DNA of 63,961 nucleotides, counting the filler, from Octopus bimaculoides (lineage: Eukaryota): NCBI RefSeq assembly GCF_001194135.2. It is 9 parts of 8 records of this genome, joined end to end, with 100 filler letters (N's around TTAATTAATTAA, not from the genome) between each part and the next. Parts side by side here need not be neighbours in the genome. Positions count along the whole stretch, not along the records: positions 19,961 to 40,738 come from NC_068999.1; 8 more parts are not named here. One strand, given 5' to 3'. Position numbers and translations under genes: made by a program. How positions within the stretch are numbered: the stretch's first letter is position 1; each line of letters begins with the position of its first letter. Positions 25,994-38,265 of this stretch are shown one piece after another. A model generated the notes under the pieces. That model had not been told where the DNA came from and searched no databases. It saw only the letters and a program-made list of their open reading frames with translations.

Positions 25994-26160
25994 GCACTCA
26001 CTACACTCTCGGAGTGGTTGGCGTTAGGAAGGGCATCCAGCTGTAGAAACATTGCCAGACCAGATTGGAGCCTGATGCAGCCACTGGCTCTCCAGACCTT
26101 AGTCAAACCATCCAACCCATGCCAGCATGGAAAACAGATGTTAAACGATGATGATGATAT
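25994..26160 (+). mobile_element. RTE-type 3' tail repeat (family D) inserted in a TTAA-CCCTTTAGCA-type MITE
   Basis: GGAGTGGTTGGCGTTAGGAAGGGCATCCAGCTGTAGAAAC...CCAACCCATGCCAGCATGGAAA...(GAT)n; also at 29640-29720, 31450-31512 and 45730-45950. Confidence 0.7.
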
Positions 26161-26962
26161 CTGACCGAAATATTCTACCAGTTTTATTTGCTCAAACTGG
26201 CCAGATTCAGCCTCTCACACATGTCCTACAATGTCACCCTAAAGATAAACAGTCACATAATCGAAATCTCAAAGCTATGAGATAATGCATGATTGATTCA
26301 AAACAATCTGGTCAACCCTTACGAGACAACAGAACCGATGTATCAACCGAAAAGTCCAATAACAAAGAAGATTGTATTAGTTCATTCGCGTTCCCTCAAG
26401 AATATATATAGTTTTATATATGAAAAGTAATTATTTTTTATTATTAAAAAAAAAAAAATGCATACCCTCTGTAAGGCTTATGAAAATGGCTCTATTGTCT
26501 TGTCACTGAAACTCCAAATGAGGCTCCATCTCCAAAGGGTTAAATAATGATTACATTTTAAAGAGCAATATGAATGCTAAAAGGATAAAGTGGTCTAAAT
26601 CTAAATCTTCCATTAAGATTTCATGTTTATGTTCCAAACAACAGCTCAATAATGTTATATTATATACATATTTTCTCATTGAAAAATGAACTGTATACCA
26701 CTGAAATACTATACGAATTTGAAAAAAACCACGTGTGGCACACAGGACCAATTTACACATTTCCCCTTGGCACTTGTGTTAAAGACTTTTTCCAGAGAGA
26801 GGTTTTAGTCAGAATGGCCCTTGTGGGATGGGACTGTCTGTGCTGATAAAGGGAGATGAGGAAGAATCTTAAAAGATAACTTTTGAGGGATGGCTTATAT
26901 GGAAGATACAGCCATATACAAACTTATATATACACATATGCACACAGATAGATAGATAGATG

Positions 26963-27347
26963 CAGGCATGGCTGTGTAGGAAGAAGCTTGCTTCTGAAAC
27001 ACATAGTTCCAGGTTCGGTCTCACTGAGTGGCACCTTGGGCATGTATCTTTCTACAATAGCCTTGGACTGACCAAAGCCTCGTGAGTAGGTTTGGTACAC
27101 AGAAACTGAAAGAAGCCCATCGTATATATATATATATATGTATATGTATGTATCTATGTGTGTTTGTGTTTTTGTGCCAGTGTTGTCCCCACCCCTTGCC
27201 AGTTGACAACTGGTGTTGATGTGTTTATGTCCCTGTAACTTAGCGGTTCAGTAAAAGACCAACAGAATAAGTACCAGGCTTTAAAAGTCGACTATAAGGC
27301 GTTGCTCCAGCATGGCCACAATCAAATGACTGAAACAAGTAAAAGCA
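26963..27347 (+). mobile_element. SINE family B
   Basis: Head and tail match 14300-14745. Confidence 0.85.
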
Positions 27348-27439
27348 TAAATATATATGTATGTGTATATATATGTGTGTGTGTATGCATATATCGATAT
27401 ATGTGTGTATACATATATACGTGTAAAGATATTTATATA

Positions 27440-27874
27440 TATATATATATTTATGTATATGTATAGAACCATACAGATATACACTCGTATACGTAGATAT
27501 ACATTTTGGAGTAAACGAATTAAATATGCATAATGCAGATATAGTTACGTGGGTGTATGCACATGCTATTTAGAAACTTCAAACTCAAACTTAATATTTG
27601 ATACAAGGGAGATAAAAATTTGGGACGTATTCGTTCACTCCAAAAGGGAGATAATAATTCGAGACATATTCGTTTACTCCAAAATGTATATCTACGTATA
27701 CGAGTGTATATCCGTATGGTTCTATACATATACATAAATATATATTTATTTATATATATATGTATATCTACGTATACGAGTGTATATCTGTATGGTTCTA
27801 TACATATACATAAATATATATTTATTTATATATATATATTTATTTATATATATATATTTATTTATATATATATA

Positions 27875-27907
<33 letters not shown>

Positions 27908-28140
27908 TTATTTATATATATATTTATGTATATGTATAGAACCATACAGATATACACTCGTATACGTAGATATACATTTTGGAGTAAACGAATATGTCTC
28001 GAATTATTATCTCCCTTTTGGAGAAGGCGAATACGTCCCAAATTTTTATCTCCCTTGTATCAAATATTAAGTTTGAGTTTGAAGTTCATAAATAGCATGT
28101 GCATACACCCACGTAACTATATCTGCATTATGCATATTTA
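27440..28140. repeat. Inverted repeat / inverted triplication
   Basis: 27521-~27750 is the reverse complement of ~27905-28140; 27440-27520 repeats ~27915-27991. Confidence 0.85.
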
Positions 28141-28183
28141 ATGTGTGTATTTAGTAATTCATATTCGCATATATGTGTGTGCC

Positions 28184-28395
28184 TGGCAGAATCGTTAGCA
28201 CGCCGGGCGAAATGCTTTGCGGTATTTCGTCTGCCGTTACGTTCTGAGTTCAAATTCCGCCGAGGGCGACTTTGTCTTTCATCCTTTCAGGATCGATAAA
28301 TTAAGTACCAGTTACGCACTGGGGTCGATGTAATCGACTTATTCCCTTCGTCTGTCCCCTCAGTGTTTAGCCCCCTGTGGCCAATAAAGAAATAT
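28184..28395 (+). mobile_element. SINE family A
   Basis: Near-consensus copy. Confidence 0.85.
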
Positions 28396-29996
28396 ATATG
28401 TGTGTGTCTGATTACAGAGTTTCACATGTTTAACACATATTGCTGTTGTGAATTCATAAGATTGTATATTCGTTCTGTGAATAATTTAGTATCATATGCA
28501 TATGCAGACACGCGTGCATACACAAACACGCATTCATGCACGTAAGAAACTGAATGTAGCAGACTTACTTATATCTTAATAGACCTGGGTGAAATGAAAA
28601 GAAGTAAGAGTGAGGTACTTGTTTAAAAAGTTACCTGAGGAGGTGTAGTCTGCACCTGTGATGCAAGAAAATTGATTACACGGCGTATCACCTGTGGGGT
28701 ACAGGTGCAGGACGAGTCGAAACGTTTGTAGTGATTCTAAAGAAGAATATAGTGAATGAGTCGAAACATTTGTAGTGGATTTTAATGAAGACTCTAGTGA
28801 ATTCCATTTACTGTATCTGATCTATTCCTATAAACTCCATGGACACGAAGAAATTCCTGAAGCTTATCCAGTAGCATATGCATCACTGCTGATGTTAACA
28901 TTAGATAACCAATAACTGTTGATGTGCTTGACACTGCATATTACAAGGTTTATACCCAAATATACTCATAATTTTTACTTATAACCATTGTGTCTGTGCT
29001 TGACAACTGATGTTAGTGTCTTTTCATCCCTGTAAACTAGCGGTTCTGCGAAAGAGACCGATTGAATAAGTACTAGGCTTACAAAGATTAAGTCCTGAGG
29101 TTGATTTGTTCGACTGAAGATGTGATGTGTTTAGAGTATGTCAGTTGTGTATAAAAGTACTAAGAACCTGAAATGGATAGAACCTTAGACGATGGGACTC
29201 TAAGAAGACATGGGATAAAGTGGTGAAGACTGGTCTCAAGAAACTGCACCCTATGGAAGAAATGATTCGGGGACCAAAATATGTAGTAATCTGTAAGGTT
29301 GGAGAAGACCTCCCTAAACATTCAAGTATAGTGAAGCAGACATTAAAATGGTGGTGGTAGGAGTGACAGCAGTCATCATGGTAGTGGTGATGGTTATGAT
29401 GAGGAGGAAGAGGAAGACAAGGAGGATATTTATGTGCATGTGCAGGTCAGCTAGCCCCAGAAAACCATGCCCAAAACATACGTATGAGCAACACAAGGTT
29501 CTCCAATGCATCTGCTCCTGTCCAGCTACCAACACATACAAGCATTGAAAATGAACATAAAATGATAATGAGAATTGTGATGATGATGATGATAACGACT
29601 TCCTCATCATATTTTTTGTTCTCAAAATATTGCTAGTAGCCATCTGGTTTCACCAGTCCTCAGTCAAATCGTCCAACCCATGCTAGCATGGAAAGCGGAC
29701 ATTAAACGACGATGATGATTTCTCAGATTAATAAAGTTTTTTTGTTTATAATTCACTTCATAAATGTCTATTGTCTACTATAAGCATTTTGTATTCATGG
29801 AGGTATTGGACACATTTGAATATGTATATATTGGGCTAAAATACAGGCTGGGGTATGTTAGTAAATAGCAAGACAGACATTTTTTGTTAGTTTTATTCTC
29901 TTCAATAACTCAGTGCAATTGTTTTTAAAAACTCAAGACTACAGAGTAATTAGGTCATGGTAGTTGACAGAAAACAGAGACTAAAGAATGGAAAGT

Positions 29997-30031
<35 letters not shown>

Positions 30032-30171
30032 AGACAAACTATGTGAGAGAGAGAGAGAAGGAAGAGGAGGAGGAAAATATTTGAGGTGATGAAGTATCAA
30101 CAAATCAATGGTAACAAAGCAGCCATTATTCCTGGTTTGAGGCTATTTTGTTTCACATAATAGTAAAATAA

Positions 30172-30388
30172 TCCTTTCTACTAAAGTCACAAGGTCTCAG
30201 ATTTGTGGGGTGGGGACTAGTTGATTATATCAGCCCCAGTGTTTCACTGGTACTTAATTTATCGACCCCGAAAGGATGAAAGGCAAAGTCGACCTCTGCA
30301 GAATTTGAACTCAAAACGTAGCAGCAGACGAAATACCGCTAAGCATTTCGCCCTGCGTGCTAACGTTTCAGCCAGCTTACCGCCTTAA
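30172..30388 (-). mobile_element. SINE family A
   Basis: Reverse complement of family A. Confidence 0.8.
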
Positions 30389-30699
30389 TCCTATTAATTC
30401 TGTCACATGGTCTGTGAAAACTAACATATTCATAGATATGAACACTCCACTTTCTTATTTGTCAGTGTTGGTCACCTCATGCCAAGAGGACAGCGGAAGT
30501 ACTTTCCATTGTCAGCATTTGGCACTTTGTCCAGTCTTCTCAGTCTTTAACTGGCACTGTTTGTTTTCCATATTTCAAATTGCCTTTGATTACAAGCACA
30601 CACACACATGTATACATACACATACAGACACACATACAATTTATTCATACCCATAAATATGACAAAGTATATTTTGCTTCACCAGAAGCCTTCATCATA

Positions 30700-30751
<52 letters not shown>

Positions 30752-31156
30752 AAGTCAATGACAATTGAAGAGGTTGGGAGATAATGAATGATGATGCTGA
30801 CGATAGTGAGGACAATGATGAGAATTGATGACTCAGAAGGCTGACCAGGCTCTGACCAGGCCTTTCATGACACCCTTAAAGCTAGGATCTTTTCAACCCA
30901 CCTTTTTTTTATCGTGAATATGTCGTTAGAGGTCCTTGTGCATAATGATGATGATGAGGAGGAGGAGGAGGATGATTCATCACCTAATACAAAAGGAAAC
31001 ACAAGAAGCTAGAAACGTGTCACAAACAAGGACATCATATCAAAACATAAGTGATGAGGTGCTCCATCATGGCCGCGGCTACAGTCCAATGATTGACAGC
31101 AGAGACAGAACAAAAGAAAAAGAAAACCAGCTCACAGCTGCGGTTAAGAGAAAAGA

Positions 31157-31190
<34 letters not shown>

Positions 31191-33046
31191 GAGAGACAGA
31201 CAGACAGACAGACAGAAAGCTATTAGTTTTTTTTAAGACTAAAGAACAAAGTTTTTCTTTGTGACATTTCATCATCATGATCAACGTCATCGTTTTTGTC
31301 ATCGTCATCAATTCTCATCATTGTCCTCACTATCGTCATCATCGTCAGCATCATCATCATCATGATCAATAACAATTATGGCATTATTGTTGTTGTTCTT
31401 GTTTTTAATGTCCTCCCCAGCCTCTCTTAGGTGCATTCTGATATTTTGTAGGATATTTCGTCCAACCCATGCTAGCATGGAAAGCGGACGTTAAATGATG
31501 ATGATGATGATGAGTGTGATTTGAAAGAGACTTGGCTGCTATCTCTGGCCTCACCAAAGCTTCCTCATTGGCACATTCCCTCATTTTGTAGAATAGGATG
31601 TGATTTGAGGGAGATTGGGTTGCTATTTCTTGTAGGTTGCTTGACTCCATAGAAGTTCCCTTGTTTCGTTATTATTAGTCATGGCGGCTTTTACCGAATT
31701 TACTCGCGTATAAGTTGCACCACTCAAAAATACTTATAAAAATTCTGCAAGAAGTATTAACTGGCTGAAGAAAAAAAAAATTGTTCAGCAGAGCTGCTTG
31801 TCGTTTGGTGGTTCTTTAAATCAGTGCTATAAAGGAGTAACCATTCCCCGCGGCAACACCCTTGCAATGAAGTCCGCGAAGCGCGGGAAAACCCGCCATT
31901 TTTTCTCACCTTTCTTCCATCTTCTGCTTCCCCCCCCCCTTTTTTTCTTTTTCTTCGTTACTTTGGTGAGATAGTTATAGGGGGTGGGGTTCTCGATAAT
32001 CTAATCTTTTATACTTTTAATATTATTTTTCTTCCTTTTTTTTTTTTGCACCCATAATTTAGGTTTAAATCCGGATACAACATCGTTTCCCTGCCATATT
32101 GAAACTTGATATCAACTTTGTCCCGTGTATAAGTCACACGGTGCCGTCTTTTCAATGGAAATCAAATATTAAATAGGTCGGTCTTACAGAGAAACACTGA
32201 AAGTATTTGTTCAGCAAATTCCTTCAAAAATATTTATTGCTTTAATCTTTTTTACTCAGCTTAATCGCTTTTGTTTATACGTGTGTTTATGTGTGTGTAT
32301 GTGAACATACATAAATATATTTACATGCACATAAACACACACTTATACACAAATAAATACAAATATACATCTGAAGCATTTTTTTGTTTTATTGTTTTAC
32401 TAGTTTCGGTCATTATGTGGTGAATTGGCAATGTTGTTTTAGAATGCCAGAACAGCATGGCTAGCTATTTTCGTATTGTATGCTCTGGGTTAAAATCTCC
32501 TCAAGGTCAACTTTGCTTTCTTCACTCTGCAATCGATTTTTATCAAAAGTACAAATCGAAGATAGTGGAATGACACAAATGTGAGAAAGTCGATTCGGAT
32601 GTTTCATGGCAGTTGTTCCAGCTCTTTGCATTTTTAGTTCAAATCCTACAGTACCCAACTTGCATGTGTGTGTGTGTTTTGTTATCTGGCCTTGAGTCCT
32701 TGGCCCTTACAGACCTCCAAGAAAATCGGGAAAATCCAACTGGGTACGGTTCTTGAGTATTTGCTATGAAAAACATGAATTCCAGAGAGACAACGCTGTG
32801 GGGAAATAAGAATTTAAGGTGGTATGGAATCTAAAAGTATGGATACAATTAGGTGATAAGAGGAGGAGCAATAATATGTCGGTGTCTGAAGACCAAGAAC
32901 GGTTGTTTCAGTGGGTGAAAATGCAGAGTAGAGGCAGCATGTCTGTGGGCTAGCGTGTTTGGAATCTCTTGATTTTGAATGCCATCAAGGAAGTTTGTAA
33001 AGATGCAGTCTTGTTGGAGCACTACCACCTTCATGGGTTCTTAGTA

Positions 33047-33205
33047 GGTGTGGTTGTGTGGTAAGAAGCTTGCTTCCCAACCACATGGTTCTGGGTTCAG
33101 TCCCACTGCGTGGCACCTTGGGCAAGTGTCTTCTGCTACAGCCTTGGGCCTACCAAAGTCTTGTGAGTGGATTAGGTAGACGGAAACTGAAAGAAGCCTG
33201 TTGTA
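33047..33205 (+). mobile_element. SINE family B head
   Basis: GTGTGGTAAGAAGCTTGCTTCCCAACCACATGG...GGCACCTTGGGCAAGTG. Confidence 0.8.
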
Positions 33206-33567
33206 TATACAATTCCTAGTATATTGGAGTATTCCAACAGATCCTAATGTAATCCTTGTATTGTCCTTTTTTCATGCTCTGGTGATTTTCCACCCAAGGT
33301 ATTTTGAAATGCAATCATATGTTTATATGTTTTGTAGTTTGAATTGAATGTGAAATGAAACGATTGTAGGCAACGGTGATAATTAATTAATGTATTAATT
33401 TGTATCCATTGAATCTCTCCCTTTTCAAACTTAATAATATTTGATATATTATGACATTTTATATAATATATTCATTGAAGAAATATCTCTTCAGAATACA
33501 ATATATTAAATCAGTGTATCTTGGATAAAAAATATTCCTGTAAGAGATCTAAATATCCTCATAGTGA

Positions 33568-33616
<49 letters not shown>

Positions 33617-33626
33617 NNNNNNNNNN

Positions 33627-33666
<40 letters not shown>

Positions 33667-33828
33667 CAAACGTATGCATGCGTATACATATATATATATT
33701 TATATACATGCAAATACACATCTATATATGTCTATGTGTGTGTGTGTATATATATAACTATATACACGTTCATATATATACATAGATACATACTTATATA
33801 GGTATACACACGCACATATCTATCTATC

Positions 33829-33876
<48 letters not shown>

Positions 33877-34024
33877 NNNNNNNNNNGCAGGCTAAACTAG
33901 TTTCAGGGTGTTACCCCTTGTCAATGTGTCACATAGTTAGCTAGAGGCGATGGCCTCTTGGAGCTAATCCACGGTAGCATTCGTCCTATATTTGGGACTG
34001 CCATGTTGGCTTGGCGATAATTAT

Positions 34025-34058
<34 letters not shown>

Positions 34059-34095
34059 TATCCGAATTTTATAGTATTAAGTATCCATCATAGCT

Positions 34096-34181
34096 GATCA
34101 TACCAATAGGTTTCACACAAAAAATATAATGGATTGTTAGGTAACAATCCAGATATATAAATACGCTCATCAGAGGTAACC
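34096..34181 (-). ncRNA. Type I hammerhead ribozyme motif with extended stem II
   Basis: Minus strand: CTGATGA-GCGTA...TGGATTGTTA-CC-TAACAATCCA...TGTGT-GAAA-CC-TATT-GG-TA; stem III ACC/GGU, GUA triplet; stem I imperfect. Confidence 0.6.
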
Positions 34182-34884
34182 GACTAAAATCCTTCAAGTC
34201 GGTGCCTTAGCATGGCTGCAGTCCAATGACTGAAATAAGTAAGAGATACTGTCGAGTAGAGCAGAATGTTTTCAACGATATTTGGCGTTCATAATTGTGT
34301 GGCAGATCTCTCGTGTTTACTTAAAGCGTTTGAGAAATTATTTAAATCCCATTATCCATCTTTTACCCATGACACTTCACGAGATACAAAGAATAACGGA
34401 GAGGAGAAGCAAAATAGTCGATTCACTGCAACATTAACCCATTCACTTTGCGAGTGAACCCTCGAGATTTTGTCTCCTCTTAACCTTATAAAAAACACAT
34501 GTGAAATTTTTTTGTAAATACCTTTTAGTTGGTGCAGATTCCGATTATTTCGGAATTTAATGTGAAAAAGAAAGAAAAATGTCGGAGGGCGCACCCATAC
34601 ATATCTACAAAATGAAATGGAATTTTTAAAAATGTGATATTTGTTTCTATCTATGTCCGCGTGCCCACCAATTTTCTTTTCCTTTTTTTCACTAAATTCC
34701 GATATAATCGTAATCTACACATTCTGAAACGTGTTTGTAGAAAATTTTATTAGAAAATATCTATTTTTCTGAAAGTTATAAGGAAACAAAGTCGAGGGGC
34801 ACATTTGTATAAGTATGCCCACAGTCACTCTTTTTTGCCTTGCCATGTAGTTTGAAATTTTCTGTTTTTATGTCTTTACACTGC

Positions 34885-35310
34885 AGAAGAAGAAACAAAA
34901 GTTTGGTGAAGAATCACAAGATCTTGAATTGCCATACGACATTAAATTGAGGAGAGGAATGCTTTCTTTGCTCGATAGAGTGATACAAAAAATAACGAAG
35001 ACTTCAACAGCTTTCATGAACTTGCTCAGAAATATGCCATCATTAGCCCATTTATTGATGAAGACTCCAGTATTTTATTGCTGTTTATACTATTAAAGAC
35101 GGGAAGCAGACATCGAAAGAAGATTCCTCCTCCTTCGTCTCGAGCTTTAGCAATTTATTCAAGAGTATAACCTTGGAAAATCGGTTCCAGATATAATAAC
35201 AATACTGCAAATTTTCCTTTCAATTGCTGTTATTATTGCTACATATGAGTGTCTTCAAGCTAGGCAACTTTCCTGGTCATAAGAACAAAATGACGTAATG
35301 GGTGAAAACC
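34885..35310 (+). pseudogene. Decayed hAT transposase C-terminal (dimerisation) region
   Basis: KKKQKFGEE...RGMLSLLDRVIQ, QFIQEYNLGKSVPDIITILQIFLSIAVIIATYE (resembles LxIxxxxAxxERSFS); frameshifted. Confidence 0.55.
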
Positions 35311-36559
35311 TAATGTCGTTTCGGATTCACTTTCCTCCCACCAAACAAGTCTCTGATACATATCAGCAAAAAACTATATTGGCGAGTGTAAATCAAACTC
35401 ATTCTACCAACGACAAACAATAATATATCCACAATCACCTTTATTTTATAAAATAAATTACATTTATTTTATATTTATTTTAATTCAGAAAATGATTTGG
35501 CTGCTATTTCTAGCAGAGAAATATTTGGCTGCTATTTCTAGCAGGCTTCTGTCGTTGGCTCGAGTATGATCCAATGAGGGAGTGAGGGGGTAGCAGGCTG
35601 CATTTACATGTATGCATGTGTGAAAGCACATATGAATGTATGTACGTGTATGACTTTATATGTATGTGTATGTAGTGTGTGTGTATGTGCGTGTGTCACT
35701 TGTGACCAACCCACCCTAAGATTAAATTGACTTTGCACACGTTACTCGTTGGACATTTCCGTGTGTGTGTACATATCTACACGTATGTATGCTTATGTAT
35801 GCTTATGTGCATATGTGTACACGTGTGCGTGTGTATAGCTACGCGTGTATGGGCATATGTGTATACCTGTATGTGCGTCTCTATATTTGCGCATGTGCAC
35901 TTTTGTGTACGTGTATCTATTATATATATGCGTATGTGTGTGTGTATCTCTCACTGCAAATGCGGGCGCTGTGTGTGTGAGTTTGTGCATGTGTATAAGT
36001 GTTTACATGTCATTCTCTTCTTTGCGTTTATGACGTTCTACACGTAAGCGTACGCGCGTCTCTTACTGGTTTCCCCTCTTACCGCTCCTTCTTCCCCTCC
36101 CTCTTTTTCCGTACCTAAGTTTAAAGCGAACCTCCTCTTCCTCCCACCTCCTCTATTCGTGTGTCAAAAGTGGTTCGGCGAGGCAGACATTAAATAGCTT
36201 TAATACATACATATATGTCTACATGACCACTTGTATTTAAAGTTATATATATATACACACACACCATATACATATACATAAATACATATATATATTTCTA
36301 TATACATATAGGATATATATCAGTGGCAGCCGTCTATAATACGTGTTGTTCGCAGTTATAGATTGTCTTTTTTCCGTTACTACAGCAGCATACACACTCA
36401 CCAGAGCAACAACAAAGCAGACTTTGTTGTCCTTCCATTGAATTTATAAAACTTCTAAAGCATCAATCATGCCAGACAGTTGTTGCTGTACCTTGGAGGG
36501 TAAGTTTTAAGGCACACACACCAGTCCTTCATCCTTTTTTCTATCTATCTATCTATCTA

Positions 36560-36887
36560 TCTGTCTATGTCTAGCTATTGTGTCTACCTGTTCATGTCCG
36601 TCTTTGTTTATCTATGTCTATCTGTCTGTTTCACTGCTGTCTAACTGTTTACATGTTGGCTTGAGTATGATCTAATGAGGGAGTCTGTCTATTTATCAAT
36701 ATCTGTCTGTCTATCTTTCTGTCTATGTCTAGCTATTTGTCTACCTGTTCATGTCCGTCTATATCTGTCTATGTCTTACTGTCTATTTACATGTTGGCTC
36801 GAGTATGATCCAATGTGGGCGTCTGTCTATTTATCTATATCTATCTGTCTGTCTGTCAATATTTCTCTACCTGTTTATGTCCGTCTA

Positions 36888-36900
<13 letters not shown>
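36560..36900. repeat. ~135-bp minisatellite (about 2.5 units) in a (TCTA)-rich tract
   Basis: Recurrent ATGTTGGCTYGAGTATGATCYAATG at ~36652 and ~36791, and CTACCTGTTCATGTCCGTCT three times. Confidence 0.7.
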
Positions 36901-36920
<20 letters not shown>

Positions 36921-38007
36921 GTCTATCTATCTGTTTCTCTATCTATCTATCTGTTTCTCTGTCTATCTATCTGTCTATTTCTCTATCCATCTATCTGTTT
37001 CTCTATCTATCTGTCTCTAATTCTTTTCAATATATCAACTGTCCTTTACTAGCTATCATTCTATCTTTTATTTCCATTCTGTGTTGTACTTACAAACCGA
37101 TCCGATCTGTCGTCAGACAGTCCCGTATCATTCTACTGCTTTTTGCTTATGACAAAAACCCTACAGCCCCGCCCCTCAGTAAACCCTCTCTGAATAAAGG
37201 GTTGCTGTAAGGGGCCTGCCACGGCCCTTATCAAGGAGCAACTTCGTTGAATCCACAGAGAGAGAAAAAGATCTTATAAATGGCGAAGATATGCGTTTCA
37301 ATATTTCATATATATACTTCGGTTAAGGTCATTCATTTTGCTATTAGTTATTGTTATCGAAATATGGTGAACCCTAAGCACTTTATTTCCTTAGTATTAT
37401 CAACTGGTTATTGCTATAGAAATTAGTGAATCCCTATTCGCTTAATGTTATCAATCGGTTATTGCTATCAAATTAGGTCTTATATATATACTATATTTAC
37501 TTCATGTTGTCAACCAGTTATTATTATCGAAAAGGCTTCAAGTGATCACAGTAAGCGGCTTCTGCGTTAGTTTCCATAACATTTGGACAACAAACACGGA
37601 GTCCAGGAAACGCGAGCCAACGTGATCGTTCGGCTTGTTAGAAATAGTAGCCAAAATTTTCAATTGAAATCAAACTTCAGTGTGAAGGGAAGGACAGTTC
37701 TACCCCAGATGTCTCTCTCTCCCCTCGGGGTCTGAAGGGTTGATCTAGTTTTCTTAACTTTATACAGCCAGTCTTATGGCTTACAAGCATAAAATGTTTT
37801 CGTGAAGGGAAACAGAACTACTATATAATATTTGAGATCCATTCTTTCCATTCGTTTAATTCAAACATGTACAAAGTTGTAGCACCGACTACCTATTGAA
37901 TTGTTGTGCATTCTCATTGATCACTCAATCGGTTACCTAAACTAAGATTGTACTAAAGTTTGTGCGCCAAACTACGTGTGTGTGTATGTGGTGTATGTAT
38001 ACATATG

Positions 38008-38258
38008 TATAGGAGGTGATATTAAAAAGTTACTGGACCAGTTATATTTGATAAAAAAAAAAAAGCTTATTTACCTAAGCCTTAACATCATCTCCTTCGA
38101 AATAGTAACCTTGCGCAGCACTACCCCGGTCTCAGCGTTCCTGCCACTTTTAGAATCCGGTCTGGAAGTCGTTTTCCGTAAGTGAATCGAGGACCTTCTG
38201 CAATTCGTTCCGGATTTCGACAACGGTGTTAAAACGGTGACCTTTGAGCTGCCTTTGT
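38008..38258 (-). mobile_element. Mariner 3' fragment with terminal inverted repeat
   Basis: Minus-strand QLKGHRFNTVVEIRNELQKVLDSLTENDFQTGF*KWQER*...QGYYFEGD. Confidence 0.8.
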
Positions 38259-38265
38259 ACGTACA

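Noticed and set aside
37300-37540. CRISPR-like spaced repeats (also 28714-28800)
   Set aside because: Degenerate eukaryotic minisatellites without unique spacers or cas genes.
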